Source: Eledone cirrhosa (Eukaryota). Taken from it: a stretch of 64,000 nucleotides of DNA. Within the stretch, counting starts at the first letter, position 1. Each line of letters starts with the position of its first letter. Position numbers and translations under genes: made by a program. The stretch is from positions 186,001-250,000 of the forward strand of contig OZ024744.1 of NCBI GenBank assembly GCA_964016885.1, written 5' to 3'. The notes beneath the pieces are model-generated. The model did not search any database. It was not told the origin of the DNA and was given only the letters and a program-made list of their open reading frames with translations. Shown in pieces: positions 12,653 to 28,685 of the stretch.

Positions 12653-14439
12653 ATATATATATATCATTTCACATTGCTCCAGTTTACTCAGCTGTAGAAA
12701 TGAGATGATAAGGGCTGGGGTCCCTATCATTCCACTGCAAAGTGGTCGTGGAGGTGCTACGGCAAAAAAAGCACCCAGCACTCACTGTAAATGAGGTTGG
12801 TGTTAGGAAGGGCATCCAGCTGTAGAAATCAACCCAGAATCAGTTCCCGTCCCACCCTTGCAAGCAGGGGAAAAGCGGACGTAAAATGAAATGATGATGA
12901 AAAAATGATGATGTATACATATATATGTATTTATATAAATGAAAACTTTTGTGATCACAGAGTCTTAGTTCCGTAAATATACATTTACTACCAAATTTTC
13001 CCTAATAATGATGACAGTTGTTATAACTAACATGTATTGTTACATACACACGCATACAGAGTGTACACAGAGAACCTAACACTCACACACGCACACAATG
13101 TGCTCACAGACTCAAAAAGCCACCAAACAGATACTCGATAATGTTATATACAACACAAAATACATATATGTTTATATCAACATACGCAAAACACCAGCAT
13201 GACTTCACTTATATATATATACCGCAGTGTATCTAGTGGAACATTCATCTTCTCTTTTTAACCAGATATAATGTCATTCTTTCATAGCTAACTCTGATAA
13301 TGGCCTGAAAAAGTGTAACTTTACATTTGACCTCATTGTAAGGTCAATGAGGATCGAGGTCAATAAAATGTTTATCCTTGATTATGTTAGGGAGTTTGAC
13401 AGAAATAAGTAGTTATAAATTTACTGATCAAAACATACATAAGTTTCTGAATAATGAATAGATAATTTTTAAATTATAACTTACTATTTTCAGAAAGTTT
13501 GGTCTTAAGTTTTGCAGTTCGAGGAGACAAATCTGAAGTGTCAGCTAGAAAACACACAAAATAATATATATAATATATATAATATAATATATATAATATT
13601 CTTGACAGAAATACGTAGTTATAAATTTACTGATCAAAACATAAATAAGTTTCTGAATAATAAATAGATAATTTTTAATTTATAACTTACTATTTTCAGA
13701 AAGTTTGGTCCTGAGTTTTGCAGTTCGAGGAGACAAATCTGAAGTGTCAGCTAGAAAACACACAAAATAATAGTAAAACTGTATGTATGTATACAAATAT
13801 ATATTACAAATTCAAAAAACAATTATTATACACATTATCACTGATATACTGATAAATACACCAGGTCCGGACACAAACCGAACCAAGTTTCCATGTCCTT
13901 GTCATGACCTGAAATATTGAAGAAGTATCGGGGGCAATTTTGTTAATGATGAGAACTCTGACTGTGAGATAATTCATCTTCTCTTTTTAACCGGATATAA
14001 TGTCATTCTTTCATAGCTAATACTGATAATGGCCTGAAAAAATGTATCTTTACTTTTGACCTCATTGTAAGGTCTCTGAAGTTCAAGGTGAATAAAATGT
14101 TTATCCTTGATTATGTTAGGGCGTTTGTAATATAATATTCTTGACTGAATTAACTAGTTATAAATTTACAAAACATAAATAAGTTTCTGAATAATGAATA
14201 GATATTTTATAAATTATAACATACTATTTTCCGAACGAGGGCTCTTGAATGTTGCACCTCGAAGATATAAATGTGAAGCGTCATCTAGAAAACATAAAGA
14301 AAATAATAGTAACACTGTATGTATATATAGAAATATATATTACAAATACAGAAAACATTTATTAGACTAAATATCTCTGATATACTGATAAATACACCAG
14401 GTTCGAACACAAACAGAACCAAGTTACCACGTCCTTGCC

Positions 14440-14549
<110 letters not shown>

Positions 14550-16465
14550 ACATATATATGTATTTATATAAATGAAAACGTTTAGGATCACAGAGTCTTA
14601 GCTCCATAAATATAAATTTACTACCAAATTTTCTCTAATCATGATGACAGTCGTAATAACTAACATTTATTGTTACATACACACGCATACAGAGTGTGCA
14701 CAGACAACCTCACACTCACACACGCACACACTAGTCTCACAGACTCAAAAAGCCACCAAATCAATAGACAAACACACACAAACAGATACTCGATAATGTT
14801 ATATACAACACAAAGTACATATATGATTACATCAACATACGCAAAACACCAGCATGACTTCACGTATATATATATATATATATATACACACTATTTTATT
14901 CATCAGCTCCAGCATACACAATATATAGGTTTTCATGTTTACAAATATATAATGTAATCTCGATTTGACATTAATGTTGAAACACGTGTCATAATTTTCT
15001 GTACAGACTATATAGAAAGTGGGTTTGAAATACCACTTACGTTTTTTGGAGACAGAATCTCTATGTTTGCTTGACTCAGAGATAATGTTCTCTACAGGAG
15101 ACATAACTGGAAAAAAATACGGAAGAATATAATAGGAAAGCTACAAGGTTTTCTTGGGAAGAGTTTGTTGTCAATTTTTAAGAAACGATAGTATAACGTG
15201 TCGAATTTTAAGTTAGCTAAAACAATTTAGTTATATAAGCGGTGTCTGGTATTATGAGACAAATAATGTAGTTTCCCACTGGACCTAATGTGCAAATAGA
15301 TATGATGGTATAAGCAATATGTAGAGCAATGGCTGATCTAGGGGATACGGGGATGAGGTGTATGAAGAACGATGTAAGACCAGAAATAGAGAAGAAGTTT
15401 CAGAGTCAAATAAGTTATATCTGAGAACACTGATGTCTGAGATAATTCCATCTACCGCAATGTATCTAGTGCAACATTCATCTTCTCTTTTTAATCAGAT
15501 ATAATGTCATTCTTTCATAGCTAACTCTGATAATGGCTTGAAAAAGTGTATCTTTACTTTTGACCTCATTGTAAGGTCTCTGAGGTTCGAGGTCAATAAA
15601 ATGTTTATCCTTGATTATGTTAGGGAGTCTGTAATATAATATTCTTGACTGAAATACGTAGTTATAAATTTACTGATCAAAACATAAATAAGTTTCTGAA
15701 TAATGAATAGATAATTTTTAATTTATAACTTACTATTTTCAGAAAGTTTGGTCCTGAGTTTTGCAGTTCGAGGAGACAAATCTGAAGTGTCAGCTAGAAA
15801 ACACACAAAATAATAGTAAAACTGTATGTATGTAAACAAATATATATTACAAATTCAAAAAACAATTATTATACACATTATCACTGATATACTGATACGG
15901 ACACAAACAGAACCAAGTTTCCATGTCCTTGTCATGACCTGAAATATTGAAGAAGTATCGGAGGCAATTTTGTTAAAGATGAGAACTCTGATCTGTGAGA
16001 TAATTCTCTTCTCTTTTTAACCAGATATAATGTCATTCTTTCATAGCTAATACTGATAATGGCCTGAAAAAATGTATCTTTACTTTTGACCTCATTGAAA
16101 GGTCTCTGAAGTTCGAGGTGAATAAAATGTTTATCATTGATTATGTTAGGGAGTTTGTAATATAATATTCTTGACTGAATTAACTAGTTATAAATTTACA
16201 AAATATAAGTAAGTTTCTGAATAATGAATAGATATTTTTTAAATTATAACTTACTATTTTCGGAACGTGGGGTCTTGAGTGTTGCACTTCGAAGATACAA
16301 ATATGAAGCGTCAGCTAGAAAACATAAACAAAATAATAGTAACACTGTATGTATATATAGAAATATTTATTACAAATACAGAATATATTTATTAGACTAA
16401 ATATCTCTGATATACTGATAAATACACCAGGTTCGAACACAACAAGAACCAAGGTACAACGTCCT

Positions 16466-16547
<82 letters not shown>

Positions 16548-18301
16548 TTTCACATTGCTCCAGTTTACTCAGCTGTAGAAATGAGATGATAAGGGCTGGG
16601 GTCCCTATCATTCCACTGCAAAGTGGTCGTGGAGGTGCTACGGCAAAAAAGCACCCACCACTCACTGTAAATGAGGTTGGTGTTAGGAAGGGCATCCAGC
16701 TGTAGAAATCAACCCAGAATCAGTTCCCGTCCCACCCTTGCAAGCAGGGGAAAAGCGGACGTAAAATGAAATGATGATGAAAAAATGATGATGTATACAT
16801 ATATATGTATTTATATAAATGAAAACTTTTGTGATCACAGAGTCTTAGTTCCGTAAATATACATTTACTACCAAATTTTCCCTAATAATGATGACAGTCG
16901 TTATAACTAACATGTATTGTTACATACACACGCATACAGAGTGTGCACAGAGAACCTAACACTCACACACGCACACAATGTGCTCACAGACTCAAAAAGC
17001 CACCAAACAGATACTCGATAATGTTATATACAACACAAAATACATATATGTTTATATCAACATACGCAAAACACCAGCATGACTTCACTTATATATATAT
17101 ACCGCAGTGTATCTAGTGGAACATTCATCTTCTCTTTTTAACCAGATATAATGTCATTCTTTCATAGCTAACTCTGATAATGGCCTGAAAAAGTGTAACT
17201 TTACATTTGACCTCATTGTAAGGTCAATGAGGATCGAGGTCAATAAAATGTTTATCCTTGATTATGTTAGGGAGTTTGACAGAAATAAGTAGTTATAAAT
17301 TTACTGATCAAAACATAAATAAGTTTCTGAATAATGAATAGATAATTTTTTAAATTATAACTTACTATTTTCAGAAAGTTTGGTCTTAAGTTTTGCAGTT
17401 CGAGGAGACAAATCTGAAGTGTCAGCTAGAAAACACACAAAATAATATATATAATATATATAATATAATATATATAATATTCTTGACAGAAATACGTAGT
17501 TATAAATTTACTGATCAAAACATAAATAAGTTTCTGAATAATAAATAAATAATTTTTAATTTATAACTTACTATTTTCAGAAAGTTTGGTCCTGAGTTTT
17601 GCAGTTCGAGGAGACAAATCTGAAGTGTCAGCTAGAAAACACAAAATAATAGTAAAACTGTATGTATGTAAACAAATATATATTACAAATTCAAAAAACA
17701 ATTATTATACACATTATCACTGATATACTGATACGGACACAAACAGAACCAAGTTTCCATGTCCTTGTCATGACCTGAAATATTGAAGAAGTATCGGAGG
17801 CAATTTTGTTAAAGATGAGAACTCTGATCTGTGAGATAATTCTCTTCTCTTTTTAACCAGATATAATGTCATTCTTTCATAGCTAATACTGATAATGGCC
17901 TGAAAAAATGTATCTTTACTTTTGACCTCATTGAAAGGTCTCTGAAGTTCGAGGTGAATAAAATGTTTATCATTGATTATGTTAGGGAGTTTGTAATATA
18001 ATATTCTTGACTGAATTAACTAGTTATAAATTTACAAAATATAAGTAAGTTTCTGAATAATGAATAGATATTTTTTAAATTATAACTTACTATTTTCGGA
18101 ACGTGGGGTCTTGAGTGTTGCACTTCGAAGATACAAATATGAAGCGTCAGCTAGAAAACATAAACAAAATAATAGTAACACTGTATGTATATATAGAAAT
18201 ATTTATTACAAATACAGAATATATTTATTAGACTAAATATCTCTGATATACTGATAAATACACCAGGTTCGAACACAACAAGAACCAAGGTACAACGTCC
18301 T

Positions 18302-18361
<60 letters not shown>

Positions 18362-20114
18362 TTTCACATTGCTCCAGTTTACTCAGCTGTAGAAATGAGA
18401 TGATAAGGGCTGGGGTCCCTATCATTCCACTGCAAAGTGGTCGTGGAGGTGCTACGGCAAAAAAGCACCCACCACTCACTGTAAATGAGGTTGGTGTTAG
18501 GAAGGGCATCCAGCTGTAGAAATCAACCCAGAATCAGTTCCCGTCCCACCCTTGCAAGCAGGGGAAAAGCGGACGTAAAATGAAATGATGATGAAAAAAT
18601 GATGATGTATACATATATATGTATTTATATAAATGAAAACTTTTGTGATCACAGAGTCTTAGTTCCGTAAATATACATTTACTACCAAATTTTCCCTAAT
18701 AATGATGACAGTCGTTATAACTAACATGTATTGTTACATACACACGCATACAGAGTGTGCACAGAGAACCTAACACTCACACACGCACACAATGTGCTCA
18801 CAGACTCAAAAAGCCACCAAACAGATACTCGATAATGTTATATACAACACAAAATACATATATGTTTATATCAACATACGCAAAACACCAGCATGACTTC
18901 ACTTATATATATATACCGCAGTGTATCTAGTGGAACATTCATCTTCTCTTTTTAACCAGATATAATGTCATTCTTTCATAGCTAACTCTGATAATGGCCT
19001 GAAAAAGTGTAACTTTACATTTGACCTCATTGTAAGGTCAATGAGGATCGAGGTCAATAAAATGTTTATCCTTGATTATGTTAGGGAGTTTGACAGAAAT
19101 AAGTAGTTATAAATTTACTGATCAAAACATAAATAAGTTTCTGAATAATGAATAGATAATTTTTAAATTATAACTTACTATTTTCAGAAAGTTTGGTCTT
19201 AAGTTTTGCAGTTCGAGGAGACAAATCTGAAGTGTCAGCTAGAAAACACACAAAATAATATATATAATATATATAATATAATATATATAATATTCTTGAC
19301 AGAAATACGTAGTTATAAATTTACTGATCAAAACATAAATAAGTTTCTGAATAATAAATAAATAATTTTTAATTTATAACTTACTATTTTCAGAAAGTTT
19401 GGTCCTGAGTTTTGCAGTTCGAGGAGACAAATCTGAAGTGTCAGCTAGAAAACACAAAATAATAGTAAAACTGTATGTATGTAAACAAATATATATTACA
19501 AATTCAAAAAACAATTATTATACACATTATCACTGATATACTGATACGGACACAAACAGAACCAAGTTTCCATGTCCTTGTCATGACCTGAAATATTGAA
19601 GAAGTATCGGAGGCAATTTTGTTAAAGATGAGAACTCTGATCTGTGAGATAATTCTCTTCTCTTTTTAACCAGATATAATGTCATTCTTTCATAGCTAAT
19701 ACTGATAATGGCCTGAAAAAATGTATCTTTACTTTTGACCTCATTGAAAGGTCTCTGAAGTTCGAGGTGAATAAAATGTTTATCATTGATTATGTTAGGG
19801 AGTTTGTAATATAATATTCTTGACTGAATTAACTAGTTATAAATTTACAAAATATAAGTAAGTTTCTGAATAATGAATAGATATTTTTTAAATTATAACT
19901 TACTATTTTCGGAACGTGGGGTCTTGAGTGTTGCACTTCGAAGATACAAATATGAAGCGTCAGCTAGAAAACATAAACAAAATAATAGTAACACTGTATG
20001 TATATATAGAAATATTTATTACAAATACAGAATATATTTATTAGACTAAATATCTCTGATATACTGATAAATACACCAGGTTCGAACACAACAAGAACCA
20101 AGGTACAACGTCCT

Positions 20115-20180
<66 letters not shown>

Positions 20181-21950
20181 TTTCACATTGCTCCAGTTTA
20201 CTCAGCTGTAGAAATGAGATGATAAGGGCTGGGGTCCCTATCATTCCACTGCAAAGTGGTCGTGGAGGTGCTACGGCAAAAAAGCACCCACCACTCACTG
20301 TAAATGAGGTTGGTGTTAGGAAGGGCATCCAGCTGTAGAAATCAACCCAGAATCAGTTCCCGTCCCACCCTTGCAAGCAGGGGAAAAGCGGACGTAAAAT
20401 GAAATGATGATGAAAAAATGATGATGTATACATATATATGTATTTATATAAATGAAAACTTTTGTGATCACAGAGTCTTAGTTCCGTAAATATACATTTA
20501 CTACCAAATTTTCCCTAATAATGATGACAGTCGTTATAACTAACATGTATTGTTACATACACACGCATACAGAGTGTGCACAGAGAACCTAACACTCACA
20601 CACGCACACAATGTGCTCACAGACTCAAAAAGCCACCAAACAGATACTCGATAATGTTATATACAACACAAAATACATATATGTTTATATCAACATACGC
20701 AAAACACCAGCATGACTTCACTTATATATATATACCGCAGTGTATCTAGTGGAACATTCATCTTCTCTTTTTAACCAGATATAATGTCATTCTTTCATAG
20801 CTAACTCTGATAATGGCCTGAAAAAGTGTAACTTTACATTTGACCTCATTGTAAGGTCAATGAGGATCGAGGTCAATAAAATGTTTATCCTTGATTATGT
20901 TAGGGAGTTTGACAGAAATAAGTAGTTATAAATTTACTGATCAAAACATAAATAAGTTTCTGAATAATGAATAGATAATTTTTAAATTATAACTTACTAT
21001 TTTCAGAAAGTTTGGTCTTAAGTTTTGCAGTTCGAGGAGACAAATCTGAAGTGTCAGCTAGAAAACACACAAAATAATATATATAATATATATAATATAA
21101 TATATATAATATTCTTGACAGAAATACGTAGTTATAAATTTACTGATCAAAACATAAATAAGTTTCTGAATAATAAATAAATAATTTTTAATTTATAACT
21201 TACTATTTTCAGAAAGTTTGGTCCTGAGTTTTGCAGTTCGAGGAGACAAATCTGAAGTGTCAGCTAGAAAACACAAAATAATAGTAAAACTATGTATGTA
21301 AACAAATATATATTACAAATTCAAAAAACAATTATTATACACATTATCACTGATATACTGATAAATACACCAGGTCCGGACACAAACAGAACCAAGTTAC
21401 AATGTCCTTGTCATGACCTGAAATATTGAAGAAGTATCGGAGGCAATTTTGTTAAAGAGGAGAGCTCTGATCTGTGAGATAATTCATCTTCTCTTTTTAA
21501 CCAGATATAATGTCATTCTTTCATAGGTAATACTGATAATGGCCTGAACAAATGTATCTTTACTTTTGACCTCATTGAAAGGTCTGTGAAGTTCGAGCTG
21601 AATAAAATGTTTATCCTTGATTATGTTAGGGAGTTTGTAATATAATATTCTTGACTGAATTAACTAGTTATAAATTTACAAAATATAAATAAGTTTCTGA
21701 ATAATGAATAGATATTTTTTAAATTATAACTTACTACTTTCGGAACGTGGGGTCTTGAATGTTGCACTTCGAAGATACAATTGTGAAGCGTCAGCTAGAA
21801 AACATAAACAAAATAATAGTAAAACTGCATGTATATATATAAATATATATTACAAATACAGAAAACATTTATTAGACTAATTATCTCTGATATACTGATA
21901 AATACACCTGGTTCGAACACAAAAAGAACCAAGTTACCACGTCCTTGCCA

Positions 21951-22011
<61 letters not shown>

Positions 22012-23191
22012 GTATATATATATATGTATTTATATAAATGAAAAACTTTAGGATCACAGAGTCTTAGCTCCGTAAATATACATTTAGTAACACATTTTCT
22101 CTAATCATGATGACAGTCGTTATAACTTATATTTATTGTTACATACACACGCATACAGAGTGTGCACAGAGAACCTCACACGCACACACGAACACACTGG
22201 GCTCACACACTCAAAAAGCCCCCAAACCAATTTGACAAACACACACAAACAGATACTCGATAATGATATATACAACACAAAATACATATATGATTACCTC
22301 AACATACGCAAAACAACAGCATGACTTCACTTATATATATATACACACTATTATATTCGTCAGCTCCAGCATACACAATATATAGGTTTTCATGTTTACA
22401 AATATATAATGTAATCTCGATTTGACATTAATGTTGAAACACGTGTCATAATTTTCTGTACAGACTATGTAGAAAGTGGGTTTGAAATACCACTTACGTT
22501 TTTTGGAGACAGAATCTCTATGTTTGCTTGACTCAGAGATAATGTTCTCTACAGGAGACATAACTGGAAAAAAATACGGAAGAATATAATAGGAAAGCTA
22601 CAAGGTTTTCTTGGGAAGAGTTTGTTGTCAATTTTTAAGAAACGATAGTATAACGTGTCGAATTTTAAGTTAGCTAGAACAATTTAGTTATATAAGCGGT
22701 GTCTGGTATTATGAGACAAATAATGTAGTTTCCTACTGGACGTAATGTACAAATAGATATGATGGTATGAGAAAATATGTAGAGCAATGGCTGATCTAGT
22801 GGATACGGGGATGAGGTGTGTGAAGAACGACGGTAGACCAGAAGCAGTGAAGAAGTGTCGGAGTCAACTTTGTTATATCTGAGAACACTGATGTCTGAGA
22901 TAATTCCATCTACCGCAATGTATCTAGTGCAACATTCATCTTCTCCTTTTAACCTGATATAATGTCATTCTGTCATAGCTAATACTGATAATGGCCTGAA
23001 AAAATGTATCTTTACTTTTGACCTCATTGTCAGGTCTCTGAGGTTCGAGGTGAATAAAATGTTTATCCTTGATTATGTAAGGGAGTTTCAAATATAATAT
23101 TCTTGACTGAATTATCTAGTTATAAACTTACTGATCAAAACATAAATAAGTTTCTGAATAATGAATAGATCATTTTTACATTATAACTTAC

Positions 23192-23251
23192 TATTTTCAG
23201 AAAGTTTGGTCTTGAGTGTTGCACTTCGAGGAGACAAATATGAAGCGTCAG
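23192..23251 (-). CDS. Putative 60-nt phase 1-1 exon, B1/B2 intermediate (xDASYLSPRSATLKTKLSEN)
   Basis: attctag|60 nt|gtaagt, open frame. Confidence 0.6.
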
Positions 23252-23502
23252 CTAGAATACATAAATAAAATAATAGTAAATACAGGAAACAGTTATTAGA
23301 CACATTATCTCTGATATACTGACATATACACCCGGTCCGAACACACAAGGTGCGAAGTTTCCGCTGTCCCTGCCTTACATATATATATATATACATATAT
23401 AAAATAGTATGGATATTCCTACAGGCACTATGTACCTATAGAAATATGCATGGTATTTATAATATTTGTGGTTCGATGGTACTAATTTGAGATACCAGAG
23501 CT

Positions 23503-23689
23503 ATAAAGATGAGCGGAACAAGTAATCATCAAACAATCTTTTAAATAAATTAAAAAACGATTTATATATTCACTTGTTCTATTGCCGTTGAAACCGTCGG
23601 TAACGGCCATAGAACAGGTGAATATTTAAATCGTTTTTTTAATTTATTTAAAAGATTGTTTGATGATTAATTGTTCCGCTTATTTTCAT
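23503..23689. repeat. Long near-perfect palindrome (about 87-bp arms, 12-nt spacer) inside a 290-bp insertion in (TA)n
   Basis: gagcggaacaagtaatcatcaaacaatc...tattgccgtt [gaaaccgtcggt] aacggccatag...gattgtttgatgattaattgttccgct. Confidence 0.9.
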
Positions 23690-24175
23690 TTTTATATACA
23701 TATATATGTATTTATATAAATGAAAACTTTCAGGACCAGGGCGTCTTAGCTCCGTAAATATACATTTACTACACAATGTTCTCTAATCATGATGACAGTG
23801 GTTATAACTAAACTTTATTCTAACATACACACGCATACAGAGTGTGCACAGAGAACCTCACACTCACACACGCACACACAGGGCTCACACACTCAAAAAG
23901 CCACCAAAGCAACGGACAAACACACACAAACAGTTACGCGATAATGTTATATACAACCCAATATACATATATGTATACACCAACATACGTAAATCACCAA
24001 CATGACTTCACTTATATATTTACACACTATTTTATTCATCTGTTCCAGCAGACACATTATATAGGCTTTCATGTTTACCAATCTATAATGTAATCTCGAT
24101 TTGACATTAATGTTGAAACACATGTCATAGTTTTCTGTACAGACTAATAGAAATTGTGTTTTAAATACAACTTAC

Positions 24176-24241
24176 GTTGTTTGGCGACAGTATCTGTTTT
24201 TATGCTTGGCCTACAGACAAAGTTCTCTACGGGAGAAATAA
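24176..24241 (-). CDS. Diverged type A exon (xISPVENFVCRPSIKTDTVAKQ)
   Basis: tttccacag|66 nt|gtaagt. Length, phase and open frame are retained despite many substitutions. Confidence 0.6.
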
Positions 24242-24866
24242 CTGTGGAAAATACGGAAGAAAATAATAGGAAAGTTAGAAGGTGTTCTTGCGAAGAGTTT
24301 GTCGTCAATTTTTAAGAAATGGTAGAATAAGATGTATTTTAAATTAGCTAGAACCATTTAGTTATATATGGGTTGTCTGGAATTATGAGACAAATATAGT
24401 AGTTTCCCACTGGTCCTAAAGAACAAATAGATATGATGGTATAAGCAAATATGTAGGGCCCCGGCTGATCTAGGTTATACGAGGATGAGGTGTATGAATA
24501 ACGAAGGAGACTTAAAATAGTGGAGAAGTGACTGAGGAAATTTTGTAAAATATGATAATACGGATCTATGAGATAATTCCATCTACCGCAATGTATCTTG
24601 TGCAACATTCATCTTCTCTTTTTAACCAGAGATAATGTCATTCTTTCATAGCCAACTCTGATAATAGCCTCAAAATGTGAATCTTTACTTTTTACCTAAT
24701 TGTAAGGTCTCTAAGGAGGTGAATCAAATGTTTATCCTTGATTATGTTAGGGTGTTTGTCATATAAAGTGTGATATTCTTGACTGAATTAAGTAGTTATA
24801 AATTTACTGTGCAAAACATAAATAAATTACTGAATAATTAATAGATAATCTTAAATTATAACTTAC

Positions 24867-24926
24867 TATCGTGAGAACGTTTGGTCTTTGATGTTGCACT
24901 TCGAGGAAACATGTATGGAGTGTCAG
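24867..24926 (-). CDS. Diverged type B exon (xDTPYMFPRSATSKTKRSHD)
   Basis: tattttctag|60 nt|gtaagt. Length, phase and open frame are retained. Confidence 0.6.
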
Positions 24927-24979
24927 CTAGAAAATATAAACAAAATAATAGTAAACCTATATGTATATATACAAATAAT

Positions 24980-25159
24980 TGTTTCTACTCTTGGCACAAG
25001 GCCAACTATTACCCAGTGCATTAATGGTACTGTATTTTATCGACCCCGTAAGGATGAAAGGCAAAGTTAACCTCGGCGGGATTTGAACTTAGAATGGCAA
25101 GGGCCGTAACTCTATGCGTCAAAGCATGGCGTCCGATCCTCTAGCGATACTGCCAATCC
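24980..25159 (-). mobile_element. tRNA-derived SINE (octopus-type) with 9-bp target-site duplication
   Basis: Minus strand has A-box-like ttggcagtatcgctag, B-box gttcaaatcc, then gccgaggttaactttgcctttcatcc...ggggtcgataaa. The flanking duplication acaaataat is at 24971-24979 and 25160-25168. Confidence 0.85.
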
Positions 25160-25584
25160 ACAAATAATATTACAAATACAGGATACAGTTATTAGACACA
25201 TTATCTCTCATATACTGATAAATACACCAGGTGCGAACACAAAATGAACCAACTTTTTCTGTCCTTGCCTTATATATATATATATCTCAAAAGAACATCA
25301 ACAACATCAATAATAAAAGAGGTGAAAGATGTATGGTATTGTCATAACACCCAGGTGTGTGTGAGTGTCCAGATTGTACGTACTGCAAGGGGAATCCATT
25401 AGGCCCTACCGTATGGTATACTTGTGTACAAATACCTATGTGCCCATCAATTTTCAATATATGTGTGCGTATTTGTATATGTGCGTCGGCACGTGTTCTT
25501 TTGAGAGAATCGTTTTTGCTAATGACCGAAACCATCGAATAATATACGCCATTTTTACCAGTACCACAAAAATACTGGTCCATC

Positions 25585-25901
25585 CACACACACACAGACA
25601 CACACACACATACACACGCGTACACTAACATACAGACAGACAAACACGCACACACACACACAATTCTCCGTATAAGATAAGAGCTGAAAAATATGTTTCA
25701 ACATGTTTTAAATACCCCCCCCCCCCCGACACACACACACGCGCACACGTACACACACATTCCTACTGACCGATTCATTCCAATTATCACAACAATGAAC
25801 CACTCTGCTACACACACAGACACACACACACACACGTACGCACACATACACACACACACACACGCACACAAACACACACACACACATACACACCCACACA
25901 C

Positions 25902-25950
<49 letters not shown>
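25585..25950. repeat. (CA)n-rich microsatellite cluster
   Basis: Direct inspection. Confidence 0.9.
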
Positions 25951-25951
<1 letters not shown>

Positions 25952-26653
25952 TTGTCATAATAGACATCTGAACTGTTGACCTTTCAACATGACTGCAACT
26001 CACACACGTACACACACATACATACTGACCATTATCACAACAACGAACCACTTTACTACACACACACATATTTGTCTTAATAGACTTATTTTTCAGTGAC
26101 TTCTCAACGTGACATTCAACAATCAACCAAATCTTAATACCCCTGGAGCCACTTTTTTCACATAAAACAGGAAGAATTTCCAAAAATGATCAGATTAGAG
26201 TAAAAATCACGGCGCTCTATCTCAAAATTATTATTGAAAAGCATTAGAAATGCGCAACAGGTAAAAACTTAAAACTAAAACTGAATACTAACTAATACTT
26301 ATTCCGAATTAAACTATTTTTCACTGGGAAAATTTTGTCAGCATTTTCTTTTCCTTTTTACTAATATATCACAACTCGTGTGTCTGACCTCTATTATAAA
26401 TATATATATATATATATATATAGAAGTGGTTACACAACTGTTAGTTCACCATACTGAGAACAATTGTTTCACCTTAGCGGATCCTCAGCTCGAAATGGGC
26501 ATGGTTATAGGAACAGGAATGACAACCGTACGAACGCGCATGCGCAGAAACCCGGTCACTTCACACAGGCGATACTAGACTGCGTGCGAGAGGTATAAGG
26601 GAGATAGTGAGTGATCTACCACTACGGATATTACCTTCCAGTGTTCCACCACA

Positions 26654-26756
<103 letters not shown>

Positions 26757-26760
26757 GAAG

Positions 26761-27213
26761 CACCGTTCCGAGCAACAACAACTCCGTAAAATGTAACTGT
26801 AGAATCAAACTGCCCTTTAAAAAATAAGTGTTTAGATAAAAACATAGTTTATAAATGCAGTTAAAACTAGTGATAATATATTCAACTATGTCGGAGCCAC
26901 TTCTACAGAATCGAAACTTCGCTGGAATAACCATAATTACTCTTTTAGAAGATCTAACGAAAAATCTTCTACTACCCTCTCACATCTTATATGGAACTTA
27001 AAAAGTAAGAATATAGATTACTCATTATCTTGGAAAGCGATTTCGAAAGCACCTGCTTACCGAAACACGGCCTCATCAAGATTCTGTAAATTATGTATTG
27101 AAGAAATTTTTTATATAATTAATTGTAAAAGCTCTATTAAGCTCAGGACAAAAATATTCAGTTCTTGCAGACATCGCCAAAATTCTACATTCAGAACTAT
27201 ATGTAACTTATAA
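26761..27213 (+). mobile_element. Penelope-like element GIY-YIG endonuclease remnant (frameshifted)
   Basis: Manual translation across two frameshifts: CNCRIK/CPLKNKCLDKNIVYKC/KTSDNIFNYVGATSTESKLRWNNHNYSF...STTLSHLIWNLK...SWKAISKAPAY...CKLCIEE...SCRH. This is the Cys-linker, VY-YVG and terminal CRH layout of PLE endonucleases. Confidence 0.88.
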
Positions 27214-27900
27214 TATACTTATACTATTCCTATTAATCTCCAAAATGATCATCCCATCTGTCCTAACATTTTTAATACTTTTAATATCTCTAAATCATAA
27301 TATGTTTAACATTTCTTATATATATGTAGTGTATGTGTATAGATATTTATATATATTTATATACTTCTATATTATGTACTTCTATATAATTCTAATTTTA
27401 ATTTTAATTTTAATTTTAATTTTAATTTTTCATAAATTCTTAAATTCTTTAATTCTTTTTTCTAATGACACCCTCTAAAGCTAATTTTTAAATGTATATT
27501 AATAACCGTTAACTGTTTTTAGTAAAATGTATCCTATTCAAGATGTTTAAATATTCCTATTTCTTTAGACTAAATAATTAATCACATATTAGCGATTAAT
27601 AAATAATCGGAGTTATCTTTCCTTTTTTCAATCATAAAAAAACTTTTTATACATAACTCTGTTAATTTAATTTAAACCTTACCAATTGTAACTATCTATT
27701 TATTTACATAAAATAAACATCCCTAGTAACTTATATTATGAACAACCACCTATAAATATAATGTCATTTTTTTCTTAGCTAACTCTGATAATGGCCTCAT
27801 TGTAAGATCTCTGAAGATGGAAGTGAATAAAATGTTTATCCTTGATTATGTTAGGGTGTTTTGTAATGTAAAGTGCTATATTCTTGACTGAATTAAGTAG

Positions 27901-28135
<235 letters not shown>

Positions 28136-28619
28136 TATTCATATAAATGAAAACTTTCAGAATCATGGCGTCTTAACTACGTGAATATACATTTACTACC
28201 AAATTTTCTCTAATCATGATGACAGTCGTTATAACTAAAATTAATTCTTACATACACTCGCATATGGGGTGTGCACACAGAACCTCACACTCACTCATGC
28301 ACACACAGGGCTCACACACATCATTACACAAAATACATGCAAAAGCCACCAACGGACAAACGCACACAAACTGTTACTCGATAATGTAATATACAACCCA
28401 ATATAGATATATGTATACATCAACATACGCAAAGCACCAGCATGACTTCACTTATATATATATATACACACTATTTTATTCATTAGTTCCAGCATACCCA
28501 ATATAAAGACTTCCATGTTTACAAATATATAATGTAATCTTGATTTGACATTAATGTTGAAACACGTGTCATAGTTTGCTGTACAGACTAATAGAAAGTG
28601 TGTTTGAAATACAACTTAC

Positions 28620-28685
28620 GTTCTTTGGAGACAGCATCTATAGTTATGACTGGCTCTGAGACAAATTTCTCTACAGGAGACATAC
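28620..28685 (-). pseudogene. Type A exon copy with lost splice acceptor
   Basis: Frame is open (MSPVEKFVSEPVITIDAVSKE) and the donor gtaagt is intact, but the acceptor reads ttttttccgg with no AG. Confidence 0.5.

Noticed and set aside
26535-26546. gcgcatgcgc NRF1-like palindrome as a promoter
   Set aside because: Single motif inside an inserted block with no associated gene start.
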